Source of the DNA: Octopus sinensis
Lineage: Eukaryota
Length of the DNA stretch: 64,000 bases
Direction: 5' to 3'
Assembly: GCF_006345805.1 (NCBI RefSeq)
Contig: NC_043000.1
Span: forward strand, 149,668,001-149,732,000
Position 1 is the first letter of the stretch; each line of letters opens with the position of its first letter. Below, one piece after another: positions 40,549 to 54,239 of the stretch. Under the pieces are notes generated by a model that was not told where the DNA came from, ran no database searches, and saw nothing but the letters and a program-made list of their open reading frames with translations. The translations under genes and the position numbers were made by a program.

Positions 40549-40699
40549 TTTTCTGTTATCTCCTTCAACTGTTGGGAGTGGCACTTCTTCATACATCTCT
40601 CCTCATCCATTTTATATATATACATAAATTCAGCTTATGTTGGAAGTCAACAAAGTTTGCTTTAAAAGCATTGAGATGTATTGAAAGATACAGATAAGG

Positions 40700-41690
40700 A
40701 AGATATGCTGTGACTGCGAAGACCTGGCAAACAAAGTGAGTTCACCGCTATATCCTACACCAGTTTTGCATAACCAGCCTCAGCCCATTCAAAAGTACCT
40801 TGGATTGTAGGGTGGCCTGCTGTGCTTGAGGAGACCTATTGAGTCAAGTACATCAAAATCAAAATGAAAATCAAATGGAAATTGTAGTTGTGATACCCGT
40901 GCCATCATCATCATCATCATTGTTTAATGTCCACTTTCCATGCTAGCATGGACGATTTAACTGAGGGCTGGCGAACCAGATGGCTGCACCAGACTCCAAT
41001 CTGATCTGGCAGAGTTTCTACAGCTGGATGCCCTTCCCAATGCCAACCACTCCGAGAGTGTAGTGGGTGCTTTTACGTGCCACCGGTACAAGGACGAGTC
41101 AAGCAGTACTGGCAACAGCCATGCTCAAATGGTGCTTTTTATGTGTCACCTGCACAGGAGTCAGTCCAGCAGCACTGGCAACGACCTCACTCGAATGTTT
41201 TTTCACATGCCACTAGCAGAGGTGTCAGTAAGGTGACACAAGTAACGATCACACTCGAATGGTGCTTTTTACGAGCCACCAGCATGGAGGCCAGCTTGTT
41301 GCTCTGGTAATGATCATGCTTGTATGGTACTCTTAGCGGTCCACTAGCACGGATGCCAGTCATCGAATTTGATTTTGATTTCGATTTCACTTGTCTGAAC
41401 GGGTCTTCATAAGCAGAGTTTAGTGTCCAATGAAGGAAAGGTACGCATAAGTGGGCTGCTTACACCCCTGGCATAGGCCACAAGGTTATGGTCAAAGGCA
41501 CGTAAAAAGCACCCACTACACTCATGGAGTGGTTGGCGCTAGGAAAGGCATCCAGCTGTAGAAACACTGCCAGATCACACTGGAGCCTGGTGCAGCGTCC
41601 TGGTTTCCCAGACCACGGTCGAACTGTCCAACCCATGCCAGCATGGAAAACGGATGTTAAACGATGATGATGAGGATGATGATGATATAT
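40700..41690. mobile_element. Cluster of RTE 3'UTR fragments in both orientations
   Basis: About 40905-41495 is minus (reverse complement of the 21030-21570 type), about 41495-41690 is plus, and about 40700-40905 is a related plus-strand piece. Confidence 0.8.
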
Positions 41691-41929
41691 ATACACATAC
41701 ATTCATACATATATATATACACACACACACACATTTCCCTCTCTCTCTTTCGGAGAGGCACAAGCACCTACACGCACATGTACACACACGGCAGTAACTT
41801 CCACCTGCCGAATTCAATCACAAATTTCGGTCGGCTCGGGGCTATAGCAGAAGACACCTACCCAAAGTGCCACGCAGTGGGACTGAACCCGAAACCATAT
41901 AGCTAGGAAGCAAGCTCCCGAACCACACA

Positions 41930-42012
<83 letters not shown>

Positions 42013-42026
42013 ATATATATATATAC

Positions 42027-42073
<47 letters not shown>

Positions 42074-42074
42074 A

Positions 42075-42129
<55 letters not shown>

Positions 42130-43156
42130 TAAACACATCTTAAACCCTAATAGCTGAAACATGTATAATGCAGGAAAATATTTATTCAGTTTTTTTTTTA
42201 AATGTGAAATTGATTGGTGAGCAAACATTCTAAGGCTCTCATATGTAAACAGGAAAGTGATAGGAATAAAATGAACAATGATTTTTCTGTTTACTGAAAA
42301 CATCATTAAAGTGTTTACACACCATTCATGTGTGTGTATATATATATATATGAGGTAGAAAAATCACAGACACACACACACAGAGGCTCATATATATATA
42401 ATACATATACTCTTACTCTTTACTCTTTTACTTGTTTCAGTCATTTGACTGCGGCCATGCTGGAGCACCGCCTTTAATCGAGCAACTCGACCCCGGGACT
42501 TATTCTTTTTTTGTAAGCCCTGTACTTATTCTATCAGTCTCTTTTGCCGAACCACTAAGTAACGGGGACATAAACACACCAGCATCGGTTGTCAAGCAAT
42601 GCTAGGGGGACAAACACACACACATACATATATATATATATACATATATACGACAGGCTTACACATATACACACACATATCTATATACAATGCACGCATA
42701 CATACACTCACAGGCATACACATGTACACATATGCATACAATCATGATTGTACCATCACTATCATCACCATCATCATACAACCACTTTTCCAAGCTGGCA
42801 TCATTTAAAGAAATCATCACAGCTTGAGACAATTCTTATTTGGATTACTGTCCATTTACATATATTTATACACAGATGTAAAATTGAATAAACTTGGGTT
42901 TTAAGCAAAACTGACCCACACTGAAGACATTTAAATTGTATTTTGTGACACCATAACTCACTTAAGTAGAAATTGTTTATAGGCCAAAACATAGCCAGTT
43001 GTTATTTTTACAGGTATTTCTTGGGGGAATTTCTCCATATGCCAATTTGAAGATTATGGGATTTTTTCCTTCTTTGACTTGGTTAGGGATAATGATGATA
43101 AGAGAACAACTGATAGAAAGATAAAACTGTGTAGCAATATGATTTAAAAAAAGACT

Positions 43157-43475
43157 CCGCCGATTACGACGACGAGGGTCCCAGCTGATACGATCAACGG
43201 AACAGCTTGCTCGTGAAATTAACGTGCAAATGGCTGAGCATTCCACAGACACGTGTACCCTTAACGTAGTTCTCGGGGATAATCAGCATGACACAGAGAG
43301 TGACAAGGCTGACCCTTTGAAATACAAGTACAACTCATTTTTGCCAGCTGAGTGGACTGGAGCAACGTGAAATAAAGTGTCTTGCTCAAGGACACAACAC
43401 GTCGCCGGGAATCGAACTCACAACCTTACGATCATGAGCCGAATGCCCTAACCACTAAGCCATGCGCCCTCACAT
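43157..43475 (-). mobile_element. SINE family C variant
   Basis: tRNA-like head GTGAGGGCGCATGGCTTAGTGG...GAGTTCGATTCCC and the shared family C 3' half. Confidence 0.85.
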
Positions 43476-43794
43476 AACAATATGATTATGTAGTGTAAGT
43501 TTCATTTGGTAAGGAGCAAATGGTACGGGTACCATCAGCAAATGACATAGGTACCATCTTTAGGTGATTTTCAATTTGAGAAAAAAGTAAATGTTAATTG
43601 ATGGTCCAAGAGAGGTAAATGGCAAGTGATGTAACATTAATCAAATATAGGTATCCAAGGTGATGCAAAACAAAATTGCACATTGCAGTAAATAATATTC
43701 AAATGGTAAAGAAATGAGACAAGGTTACTACCTAAAAAACAAAGTATAGCTTTAAATAGAATAATGTTCAAAGCATTTTATCTAACTGGCTTAA

Positions 43795-44014
43795 CCCTTT
43801 CATTACCAACCCGGCTGAAACTGGCTCTGGCTCTGGGTACAAATGTCTTGTTTTCATAAGTTTTGAATTAAAATCTTCCACCATACCTTAGTCACAATTT
43901 ATGTTCCTAACACTGGCTGAATGATAACTAAGTTATTTTACAAAATCCTTTGTTACATTTAAAGTAATTGAAAGAAACACGGAGCATCTCAAAATAAATA
44001 CAGTAACGAAAGGG
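43795..44014. mobile_element. piggyBac-type MITE (220 bp)
   Basis: TTAA TSD at 43791-43794 and 44015-44018; CCCTTT/AAAGGG TIRs. Confidence 0.9.
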
Positions 44015-45159
44015 TTAAAGTATAAAAAAAGTATATAATGTAATGTGAACATTTTACCCTAATTTCATTGGATTTATTAAAGACATTATTGGAAATCCTA
44101 AAATGTTCCACTAATCTAGTGCAGCAAAGTTTACACCCATACTGTCATTTGTATTGGGTAAAGTGTGCTTGATTATGCTCAAGGTATTATCCTTCGTTTT
44201 CCAAATCATTCCAATGAGTGATGTAACTTTAGCTTTAACATGTTTTTTAACAGTATAAATATGACTATATGATCTATGTTTAACTTCATTCCACCAGTAT
44301 AGGTAAATGTAGTTGGATTAGTTCAGATACACATCAATAGATAATATTATTAGAGGGGTATAAATTGTTAAGAGGACATTAAAGTTTATTTCTACAATTA
44401 CACAACACAGAAGGTGAATGGACATTAATATAAAGGGTGTTAGCACAGAAATATTAATCTGCTGCTTCTATGCACTTGTAGGAGAGTAATAATTATCATT
44501 AAACCTGTTAGATTCACTCCCATATTCAGAATAGGAAACCTGTCAACTCTTGTTTCATTCCCTTTGCACTTCAAGTTACCTCTACACCCTGGAACCATAT
44601 ATACCTTTCATTGTCTTTATTATCCCTTCTCACACTATTTCCTTTCTGTGTCCCTTTAATCATTGTACCCTCTCCTCTACCATACTCCATTTTAACACTC
44701 CTCATTTCTCTTATTATTATCAACACACTTTTATATTGACCATCATGTTCCACCTACTACAGCTATTCTTATGTCAATCTGCATCTCCCTCCCTGCCAAT
44801 CCCACATCTTGCTCATCATACCCTATTTTTCAATCTATTCTCTTTCCTGAGCTACTCCTATCTCTACCCTCTTATCTCTAACCATACAGGCATTTCCTTA
44901 TAAACTGCACTGCCACCCTTGTTCATCATTCTCTACATTCATCTCTACCCCTTCTCTAGCCATTTGCTACTCTTTCATCACACTCTTATGAAACTACCTA
45001 TTCTTCCCCTGATTCTCTGTCTGTATCCTCTCTTATACTCACCATCTTGTATCTTGGGATGCCATTGCATCTTGTCATTACCATCTCTACCTTCTTTCCA
45101 GCTAGTCTGACCTGCTCCTATGTTAGTTAGTTCATTTTTGGCTCAAAAAGCAAAAAGCA

Positions 45160-45470
45160 AGGCCATGTAGGGGGACATGGAGTTATGTACAGGGTGGTGT
45201 TTATGTAAAGAGTTCAGGCCATTTGAGGTCAAGGGAGACTTTGAACAAAGCGGTCGTCAGCATCTTCACCATCTCATCTGGCAGCTTGTTCCACGGATCC
45301 GCAACCTGGACGGAGAAAGCCCCTCTCCTTTGATTGAGATGAAATCGTCGCAGATAGAGCTTTTCGGAATGACCCCCCAGCTATATAGTGTGAGGCAGCC
45401 ATGTATCTCCTCTATAGCAAGACTCATATGCTTGTCCCATTATCAAACTTCAGCCTCTTGGTTCCTGGCA
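45160..45470 (-). mobile_element. CR1-clade LINE 3' end
   Basis: GHSEKLYLRRFHLNQRRGAFSVQVADPWNKLPDEMVKM...FKVSLDLKW, the typical CR1 ORF2 C-terminus. Confidence 0.85.
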
Positions 45471-45847
45471 TAAAATCACATGTACACCCACTCGAATACT
45501 GCCCCCTATTAAGTTGAGGGGCTTTTTCCTTTTTTTTGTTTTTTTTGTTTTTTTTTTCTCATCTTGCAAGTTACTCAGCAAACTGACCAGTGCCAGATTC
45601 ATGAAAAAGAGGCTGGCATTAGGAAGAGTTACAAGGAAAGCTCACTAGTGTTGGTACCATGAAAAAAAAAAAAGCACTGAGTATACTCAAAAGAAACTGA
45701 GACACTAAGGCAAGATGTGATCCCTCAACTCGCTGAATAATGTGTAACCACCAAATATATACTAACATGGAAAATGTATATTCAGATGTATGCATGTGTG
45801 TGTGTGTGTGTGTGTGAATGCCTGAGTAAGTATGAGTGTGTTTGAGT

Positions 45848-45911
<64 letters not shown>

Positions 45912-46341
45912 GTGTGTGTGAAACTTCATATTTCCGTTTTCGTGTCTGATTGCTGGTTGCAAACAACAATGGTTTGTTTACCTGCAATCAATCCTGAAAC
46001 CTCCTGTGCTTCTGACATGTCTTGACATGATGTACAAGTATTCATAAACAAATGGTTCGTTAATGCATTGATTACAGATAAAAGCTATCCAGGTATATTG
46101 TGTGAGCATGGAAAAATAGATGTTACAAAAATGATGATAATGAGGAGGAGGAGAGGGAGCAGGACGACAATAAGAATGATAGCATGTGTGCTTGTACACT
46201 TATACACACACAGACACACACACACTCATACACACACATACATACATAAATACATACATGCATACATGCATACATAAATACATACATACATACATAAATA
46301 CATAAATACATACATACATACATACTTACATAAGCATATTT

Positions 46342-46760
46342 ACTCTTTTACTCTTTTACTCTTTTACTTGTTTCAGTCATTTAACTGCGGCCATGCTGGA
46401 GCACCACCTTTTAGTCCGAGCAAATCGACCCCGGGACTTATTCTTTGTAAGCCCAGTACTTATTCTATCGGTCTCTTTTGCCGAACCGCTAAGTGACGGG
46501 GATGTAAACACACCAGCATCGGTTGTCAAGCAATGCTAGGGGGACAAACACAGACACACAAACACACACATACATATATATATATATACATATATACGAC
46601 GGGCTTCTTTTCAGTTTCCGTCTACCAAATCCACTCACAAGGCATTGGTCGGCCCGGGGCTATAGCAGAAGACACTCGCCCAAGATGCCACGCAGTGGGA
46701 CTGAACCCAGAACCATGTGGTTGGTTAGCAAGCTACTTACCACACAGCCACTCCTGCGCC
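46342..46760 (-). mobile_element. SINE family A, full length
   Basis: Reverse complement of the 303-716 type. Confidence 0.9.
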
Positions 46761-47165
46761 TATGTATTCAAACTATGCAACAGAAACACCTCTAGATCAA
46801 AATCTTTATCTTTATGACATATTTACCCATGGCTTCTGACAGATTTTAATCTAGAGCTGCACCTATTGCATAGTTTAAATTTTATTCAGCCCAGCAACCT
46901 CTTTGCATGGCTTGTGAATTATCTATTCCCAGTGGCTTCACGCAGGAAGTGAATACAAGCATTGACAAGCCACAAAAACAGTGAAATGCACATCTATCAT
47001 TCTCACAGTCACTTCTGGGATGATTTCGTTTCATGTGGCTCTGAAATATATTGGGTTTTTAAAACACTATGCAGTGATCATCTCTTTCCTGAGATAATCA
47101 CTGTAGCCTCTGACCTTTCAATGAAATACATGCATTATGTCATACATATATATATATATATATAT

Positions 47166-47167
<2 letters not shown>

Positions 47168-47204
<37 letters not shown>

Positions 47205-47975
47205 GTTTAACGTCTGCTTTCCATGCTAGCATGGGTTGGACGGTTCAACTGGGGTCTGGGGAGCCCGAAGGCTGCACCAGTCCAGTCAGATCTGGCAGTG
47301 TTTCTACAGCTGGATGCCCTTCCTAACGCCAACCACTCCGAGAGTGTAGTGGGTGATTTTATGTGCCACCGACACAGGTGCCAGACGAGGCTGGCAAACG
47401 GCCACGCTCGGATGGTGTTTTTTATGTGCCACCGACACAGGTGCCAGACGAGGCTGGCAGACGGCCACGCTCGGTTGGTGTTTTTATGTGCCACCGACAC
47501 TGGTGCCAGATGAGGCTGGCAAACGGCCACGATCGGATGGTGTTTGTTACGTGCCCACAGCACGGAGGCCAGTCGAAGCAGTACTGGCTACGGCCACGTT
47601 CGGATGGTTTTCTTGTGTGCCACTGGCACTGGTACCACAAAGACACAAATTCCATTGATGTTCATCTATTTTGATTTGTTTTGATTTTCACTTGCCTCAA
47701 CAGGTCTTCACAAGTGTCACAAGAGGGAAGGTATGCACAGGTGGACTGACTACGTCCCAGGTAGGGGCCACGGGTTATGGCCTGACTAGTCTTGCCGGGT
47801 CTTCGGATGGTGTTTTTATGTGCCACCGACATAGGTGCCAGATGAGGCTGGCGAATGGCTATGATCGGATGGTGTTTGTTACGTGCCCACAGCACGGAGG
47901 CCAGTCGATGCGGTACTGGCTACGGCCACGTTCGGATGGTTTTCTTGAGTGCCACCGGCACTGGTACCACAAAGA
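47168..47975 (-). mobile_element. RTE 3' end with an expanded hairpin array and an extra module block upstream of the ORF stop
   Basis: (CAT)n at 47168, modules at 47360-47640, ORF end (KTRQD*) at about 47790, second module block at 47805-47975. Confidence 0.88.
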
Positions 47976-47977
47976 TA

Positions 47978-48174
<197 letters not shown>

Positions 48175-48229
48175 ATATATATATGCATATATATATGCAT
48201 ATATATATATATATATGCATATATATACA

Positions 48230-49350
48230 CTTAGTGATGTGGACAAGAAAGAGGTGTGGAAAAGTTACAATGCAAGACTGTTGAATGTAGAGAATGAATG
48301 GGGCAAAGAAAGTCTCCCTTGTGTGAAGCCAACAGAGGGACCAGCTATCCTAATGGACAGCAGTTTGATAGATAAGGCAGTTAAAGACATGAAAATCAGG
48401 AAAGCCCCTGATCCATCCAGAATCACAGTTGAGATGCTCAAAATATCCAGTAAGCTATTGTATGGGCTAGTCACCTGCATAGTTAATCAGGTCATTCAGG
48501 AAGGTGTAATACCCAAGGGCTGGTGTAGCAGAATTATTATTAGCTGCTACAAGGGTAAGGGTGACACTTTTACATAGAAGCAATTATAGAGCCATCAAAC
48601 TCCTGGACCAGGTGATGAAAATTACAGAGAGCATTATAGCCCAATTAATTAGGAGCAGAATTAGGCTTGACAAAATGCAGTTCAGCTTTGTCCAGAGAAG
48701 AAGCATGACCAATGCTATTTTCATAGTCAGGCAACTGCAAGAGAAGTACTTAGCTAAGAATAAACCATTGTACTTGGCATTCGTTGGTCTAGACTCTAGA
48801 GCTAGCCTTTGATAGAGTACTTCTGTGTGATATGGTGGGTACTGAGGAGGCTAGGAATAGAAGGGTGGATGATGAAAGCCGTACAAGTAATGTACAAAGA
48901 TGCTGTCAGTTAGGTGAGAGTTAACCATGTGTACAGTGAAGAATTTGGTGTACAGGTACGGGTTCATCAAGGCTCAGTCCTCAGTCCCCTCCTTTTCATC
49001 ATTATCCTTCAAATCATAACAGAGGAAGTCGAGGCCAGTAGCCCCTGTGAACTACTATATGCTGTTGATCTTGCCCTCATAACAGATTCTGTATCAGGAC
49101 TATGAGAGAAATTCCAGGTGTGGCAGCAAAAGCTGGAATCTAAGGGCCTTAAGGTCCTAGTAAGCTGACCCTGCTTGATTTGTTGGAAAGGTGTGGGAAA
49201 GAACTCCATACAGTCTACCCAGTGTAAGCTATGGACACACAAGAGGTGCAGTGGATTAACAGGAAGATTATCAGAAAAGGTAGTGTTCATATGTGGAAGA
49301 TGCACAGGATCGATAAAAACTTTAGAGACTCAGGAAGTTGATTCACTGTG
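48230..49350 (+). pseudogene. RTE-clade reverse transcriptase fragment with a C4HC3 finger
   Basis: [70 protein letters not shown] (YADD-derived); frameshifts. Confidence 0.93.
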
Positions 49351-49454
49351 ACCAAAATAAAAACAAGCAATGCACATGCACGCAATTAAAAATATAAAAT
49401 GGCAACAATTTACCCATTGCACATGCTAACAACCTTCCCCAGTAACATATATTC

Positions 49455-49654
49455 TCTTACTCTCTTAGTTGTTTCAGTCATTTGATTGCGGCCATGCTGG
49501 AGCACCGCCTTTAATCGAGTAACTCGACCCCGGGACTTATTCTTTGTAAGCCCAGTACTTATTCTATCGGTCTCTTTTTGCCGAACCGCTAAGTGACGGG
49601 GACGTAAACACACCAGCATCGGTTGTCAAGCGATGTTGGTGGGGACAAACACAG

Positions 49655-49693
<39 letters not shown>

Positions 49694-49802
49694 TACATAC
49701 ATATATATACATATATATACGACAGGCTTCTTTCAGTTTCCAACTACCAAATCCACTCACAAGGCATTGGTCGGCCCGGGGCTATAGCAGAAGACACTTG
49801 CC
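49455..49802 (-). mobile_element. SINE family A, 5'-truncated
   Basis: Matches the family A body and lacks the tRNA head. Confidence 0.85.
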
Positions 49803-50587
49803 TCTATTTCTGCCTCCTTATTTCTCTGTCACACTCTAATATTTCATCATCTGATACTGGATCACCTCCTCCGATGTCCCTTCTGTTATAGCAAGACACC
49901 TGTTTTCTCCTCTCTGTCTCTTTGTCACCCTCTAACCTACCATACTTTGACATGAGTTCCCCTCCTTAAATTCACCTGCCCCTCTCATAATTCCTTGTCT
50001 TGTGAGTCACTTGGTGAGCCTACAAATGCTGGCACCATGTAAAAAGTATCAAGTCCACACTGTAAAGTGGTTGAAATTTGGAAGGGCATCCAGCAGTAAA
50101 AATCGTGCCACAACTAACCTCACCCGTGCTAGTACCATAGTGCCATGTAAAAAGCACTGAGTTCACTCAGCAGGGTGGTTGGTGTTAGGAAGGGCATCCA
50201 GCCATAAAAACCCTAGCAAAACAGACATAGCAGACTAGGGTAGTTTTTCTACCTCACCAGCTCCTGTGAACCGTCCTATCCATGCTTGCAAGGAAGATGG
50301 ACATTAAACGATGATAATGATGATGATGATATATATATATATATATATATTTATTTTATCTCTAGTTTCAACTCAGAGCTGTGGCCATGCTGGTGCACCA
50401 CTGTATATGTATATATATATATAGGCGCAGGAGTGGCTGTGTGGTAAGTAGCTTGCTAACCAACCACATGGTTCCGGGTTCAGTCCCACTGCATGGCATC
50501 TTGGGCAAGTGTCTTCTGCTATAGCCCCAGGCCGACTAATGCCTTGTGAGTGGATTTGGTAGATGGAAACTGAAAGAAGCCTGTCCT

Positions 50588-51038
50588 ATATACATACATA
50601 CATACAAACATACACACATACATACACACATACATACATACATACATACCTACATACCTACATACATACATACCTACATACATACATACCTACCTACATA
50701 CATACCTACATACATACATACATACATACATACATACATACATACATACATACATACATACATACATACATACATACATACATACATACATACATACCTA
50801 CATACATACATACATACATACATACATACATACATACATACCTACATACATACATACATACATACATACACACACACACATATATACATACATACATACC
50901 TACCTACCTACCTACATACATACATACATACATACATACATACATACATACATACCTACATACATACATACATACATACATACACACACACACATACATC
51001 ATACATACATACATACCTACCTACCTACATACATACAT

Positions 51039-51071
<33 letters not shown>

Positions 51072-51175
51072 TACATACACACACACACACATACATACAT
51101 ACATACATACATACATACATACATACATACATACATACATACATACATACATACACACATACATACATACATACA

Positions 51176-51205
<30 letters not shown>
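50588..51205. repeat. Long (TACA)n/(TACC)n tetranucleotide microsatellite after a SINE A head (50423-50587)
   Basis: About 620 bp of TACA with TACC and CA interruptions; explains the HTYI-repeat ORFs. Confidence 0.97.
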
Positions 51206-51206
<1 letters not shown>

Positions 51207-51513
51207 CTTGATGAAGTGAAATATAAACAGGTATATATCAATATCTGTTGCTCTCGTTCATCTTTGAGGTGATTTATTTCACCTGGCTTTGAAATATACT
51301 GTGTTTTTTTAACACCTAGCATCATCTTTAAAAGGACTTTCATTTTTACTATTTACTAATAATACTGCATGAGACCTTCAAAGAAGAATATTAGCTGGTT
51401 TCCAAATGCATTCATAAAATCAAATCAGGTACTGACTGGAGGACTGCAAGATGCTTCAGTCAAACTGTGCAGATTCCAGTAATTATTACAATGTATTTGA
51501 AAATATACTACTA

Positions 51514-51548
<35 letters not shown>

Positions 51549-51865
51549 GTATGTTCCAAGCCTTTTCAATATATTGAATCTTGTTTGACGTAGTCACATT
51601 TAGATGTGACTGAATCAAATATCAAAGACCTTCATTTTATTGATGTTGTGAAAGATCTACAATGATCAATATTTGTTTATTCCCTGCCTACATATCAATG
51701 AACAAAGTCAATTTCTGATCTTACACAATTGAAAGTATGTATAAATAAGAATCATCACCATCATCATCATTTAATGTTTGTTTTCCATACTGGCATGAGT
51801 TGGTTGGTTTGACAATATTAAAACAAAGCATGGACAAATATGAGACTTGGCATCAATATAGTGGA

Positions 51866-52252
51866 GTGGAAGCACTCCGTCGGTTACGACGACAAGGGTT
51901 CCGGTTGATCCGAATCAATGGAACAGCCTGCTCGTGAAATTAACGTGTAAGTAGCTGAGCACTCCACAGACACGTGTACCCTTAACGTAGTTCTCGGGGA
52001 TATTCAGCGTGACACAGAGAGTGACAAGGCCGGCCCTTTGAAATACAGGTACAACAGAAACAGGAAGTAAGAGTGAGAGAAAGTTGTGGTGAAAGAGTAT
52101 AGCAGGGATCACCACCATCCCCTGCCGGAGCCTCGTGGAGCTTTTAGATGTTTTCACTCAATAAACACTCACAACGCCCGGTCTGGGGATTCGAAACCGC
52201 TATCCTACGACCGCGAGTCCGCTGCCCTAACCACTGGGCCATTGCGCCTCCA
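51866..52252 (-). mobile_element. SINE family C, full length
   Basis: Near-identical to 4972-5350; flanked by CATCAA(T/C)ATAGT, a probable TSD. Confidence 0.9.
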
Positions 52253-52661
52253 CATCAACATAGTATAACTGTTATTATGCCCGCTATTATAAATTAACAA
52301 CAATCTACAAAGATTGTTACCAGGTAGTCAGTGTGTGTGTGTGGTCATCATTTAACATCTATTTTCCATGCTGGCATGGGTTGGACAGTTTGGCATGGAG
52401 CTGACCAGCTGAGGAGCTGTCCAAGCCCCATTTGTCTTGTTTTGGTATAGGTTTCTATGGCTGGATGCCCTTCCTAACACCAACTACTTTACAAAGTGTA
52501 CGGGGTGCTCCCTATGTGCCACCAGCATGGGTGCATTTAAGCAACACCAGCACAGGTGCATTTTATATGGCACTGGCACCTGTAAAAGACAAGCCATCCT
52601 TAAACATTATCTCCGTCCACCAAGATTAAAATGTTTAAAAAAATATTAAATTATTTTTTAC

Positions 52662-52761
52662 CATTAATGTCTCAATGAGTTCTTCATCTCGTTTTCCTTT
52701 CTCTAACAGAACTTGGATCTGCTGCTTATTTACTTTCGTTTCATTAGACAAAATTTGATTT
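52662..52761 (-). CDS. CCDC13: Exon of the CCDC13-like gene (NQILSNETKVNKQQIQVLLEKGKRDEELIETLM)
   Basis: 100 nt, phase 2 to 0, acceptor catccatttttcag, donor ATG|gtaaaa. Splices in frame to 34008. Resembles recalled human NKVLSSEMKTLKSQMGTLVEKGRHDDELIDALM. Confidence 0.85.
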
Positions 52762-53004
52762 CTGAAAAATGGATGCAATACAAAATTTACATTTAAATCA
52801 GAAGTAGGTTAAGATCTTGATATATGTAATATGGCAATTCTTATTGAAATTTACTATTCAAGCTACAGTTTTTACAATTGGTACTTGTGGTTAGTAGGGT
52901 TAGAGTAAGCAAATCTGTTTAAAATCTACTTGAGACTGCCCCCAAGGGATTCCTAATAGAGGGAGAGGATAAGAATCTCAATCAGTGGCAGACCAACAGA
53001 TAAT

Positions 53005-53055
<51 letters not shown>

Positions 53056-53080
53056 TAATAATAATAATAATAATAATAAT

Positions 53081-53634
53081 GCCCCGATGCAGTACCAGGC
53101 GGTGGCTCGCGTGGCTTCTGATCTTAACTGATTGGAAGTGTTATCATGCACATTGTTTTGTCTTGGTATAAAAGATGGGCTACAGCAAATATTCTGCTCA
53201 ATACCACAGATTTGCGTGTCAGTTGTTTGACCTTAACCAGTTGAGCATGTCCCTTAGTGGCTGATGATATGTGCATCTCTGATCACGAGCAGAAGTAGTT
53301 GGGGAGCATCACAGCTGTGTGTTGAAAGGAATTCTTAGAGGTTTGGATAATTCACCTTTGGAAATATGGGTGGTTCGTTCAACATCTTTAAACAATCCTT
53401 ATTCAAGGACCTTTTGAGCAGGATGAGCTACTCGACCAGAAGGAAATTCTAACTGGGCCCCATTTGCAAGGTCATGCGCTGTTTATCTTGATATGAGATT
53501 ACCATGTCGCGCACATATGGTTGTGATGCATGTGCCTGGTGTACCCTTATCAGACGAGTAGTCATGATGGGTATACTGGGCTTCATATATTTTACCCCAG
53601 TTTCACTTTGATGGCATGCACTGCTCTCTCACTC
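53081..53634 (+). mobile_element. Intact 554-bp element embedded in an (AAT)n microsatellite
   Basis: (AAT)n at about 53007-53080 and 53635-53662; collinear with the split copy at 9529-12969. Confidence 0.88.
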
Positions 53635-54239
53635 AATAATAATAATAATAATAATAATAATGAACTTATTGTATAAGGTGCTCAGGTGCACTACAACTCA
53701 TCAGAAAAAGTACATGAACAGTTCATAAAATAATGTTCAAGAAGTGAGCAGTGAATGAGTTTATGAAAAAAAGGTGGGGAAGGCATCAGGTGTACTCATC
53801 ATCATATTCATTTAACGTCCACTCTCAATGCTGGCATTGGTTAGACAGTTTGACTAGAGCTGATTAGCCAGAGAGGCTGCACCAGGTTCCAGTCTGATTT
53901 GGCATGGGTTCTACAGCTGGATGCCCTTCCTAATGTAATCCCAACTAGTCTAAGAGTGTAATGGGTTCTTTTATGTGCCACTGACATGGGTGCCATTTAC
54001 CATGGCACCAGCAATGACCATGATCATGATGCACAGGTGCCATTTACCAGCAGCGACCATGACGGGTGCCATTTAAACGGCACCAACAACCACCATGATG
54101 ATTCACAGGTGCCTTTACATGATACCAGTAATGACCATGACTACAATTCATAAGTGCCATTCACATCACCATATCAAAACACACCATACTAGCTTTAAAA
54201 AGCAGTTTTGTAATTTCAGACACAGTTATATGACTTTGC

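Noticed and set aside
47340-47975. CRISPR-like appearance of regularly spaced palindromic repeats
   Set aside because: The intervening segments are homologous to each other rather than unique spacers, there are no cas genes, and the array lies in a LINE 3'UTR of a eukaryote.
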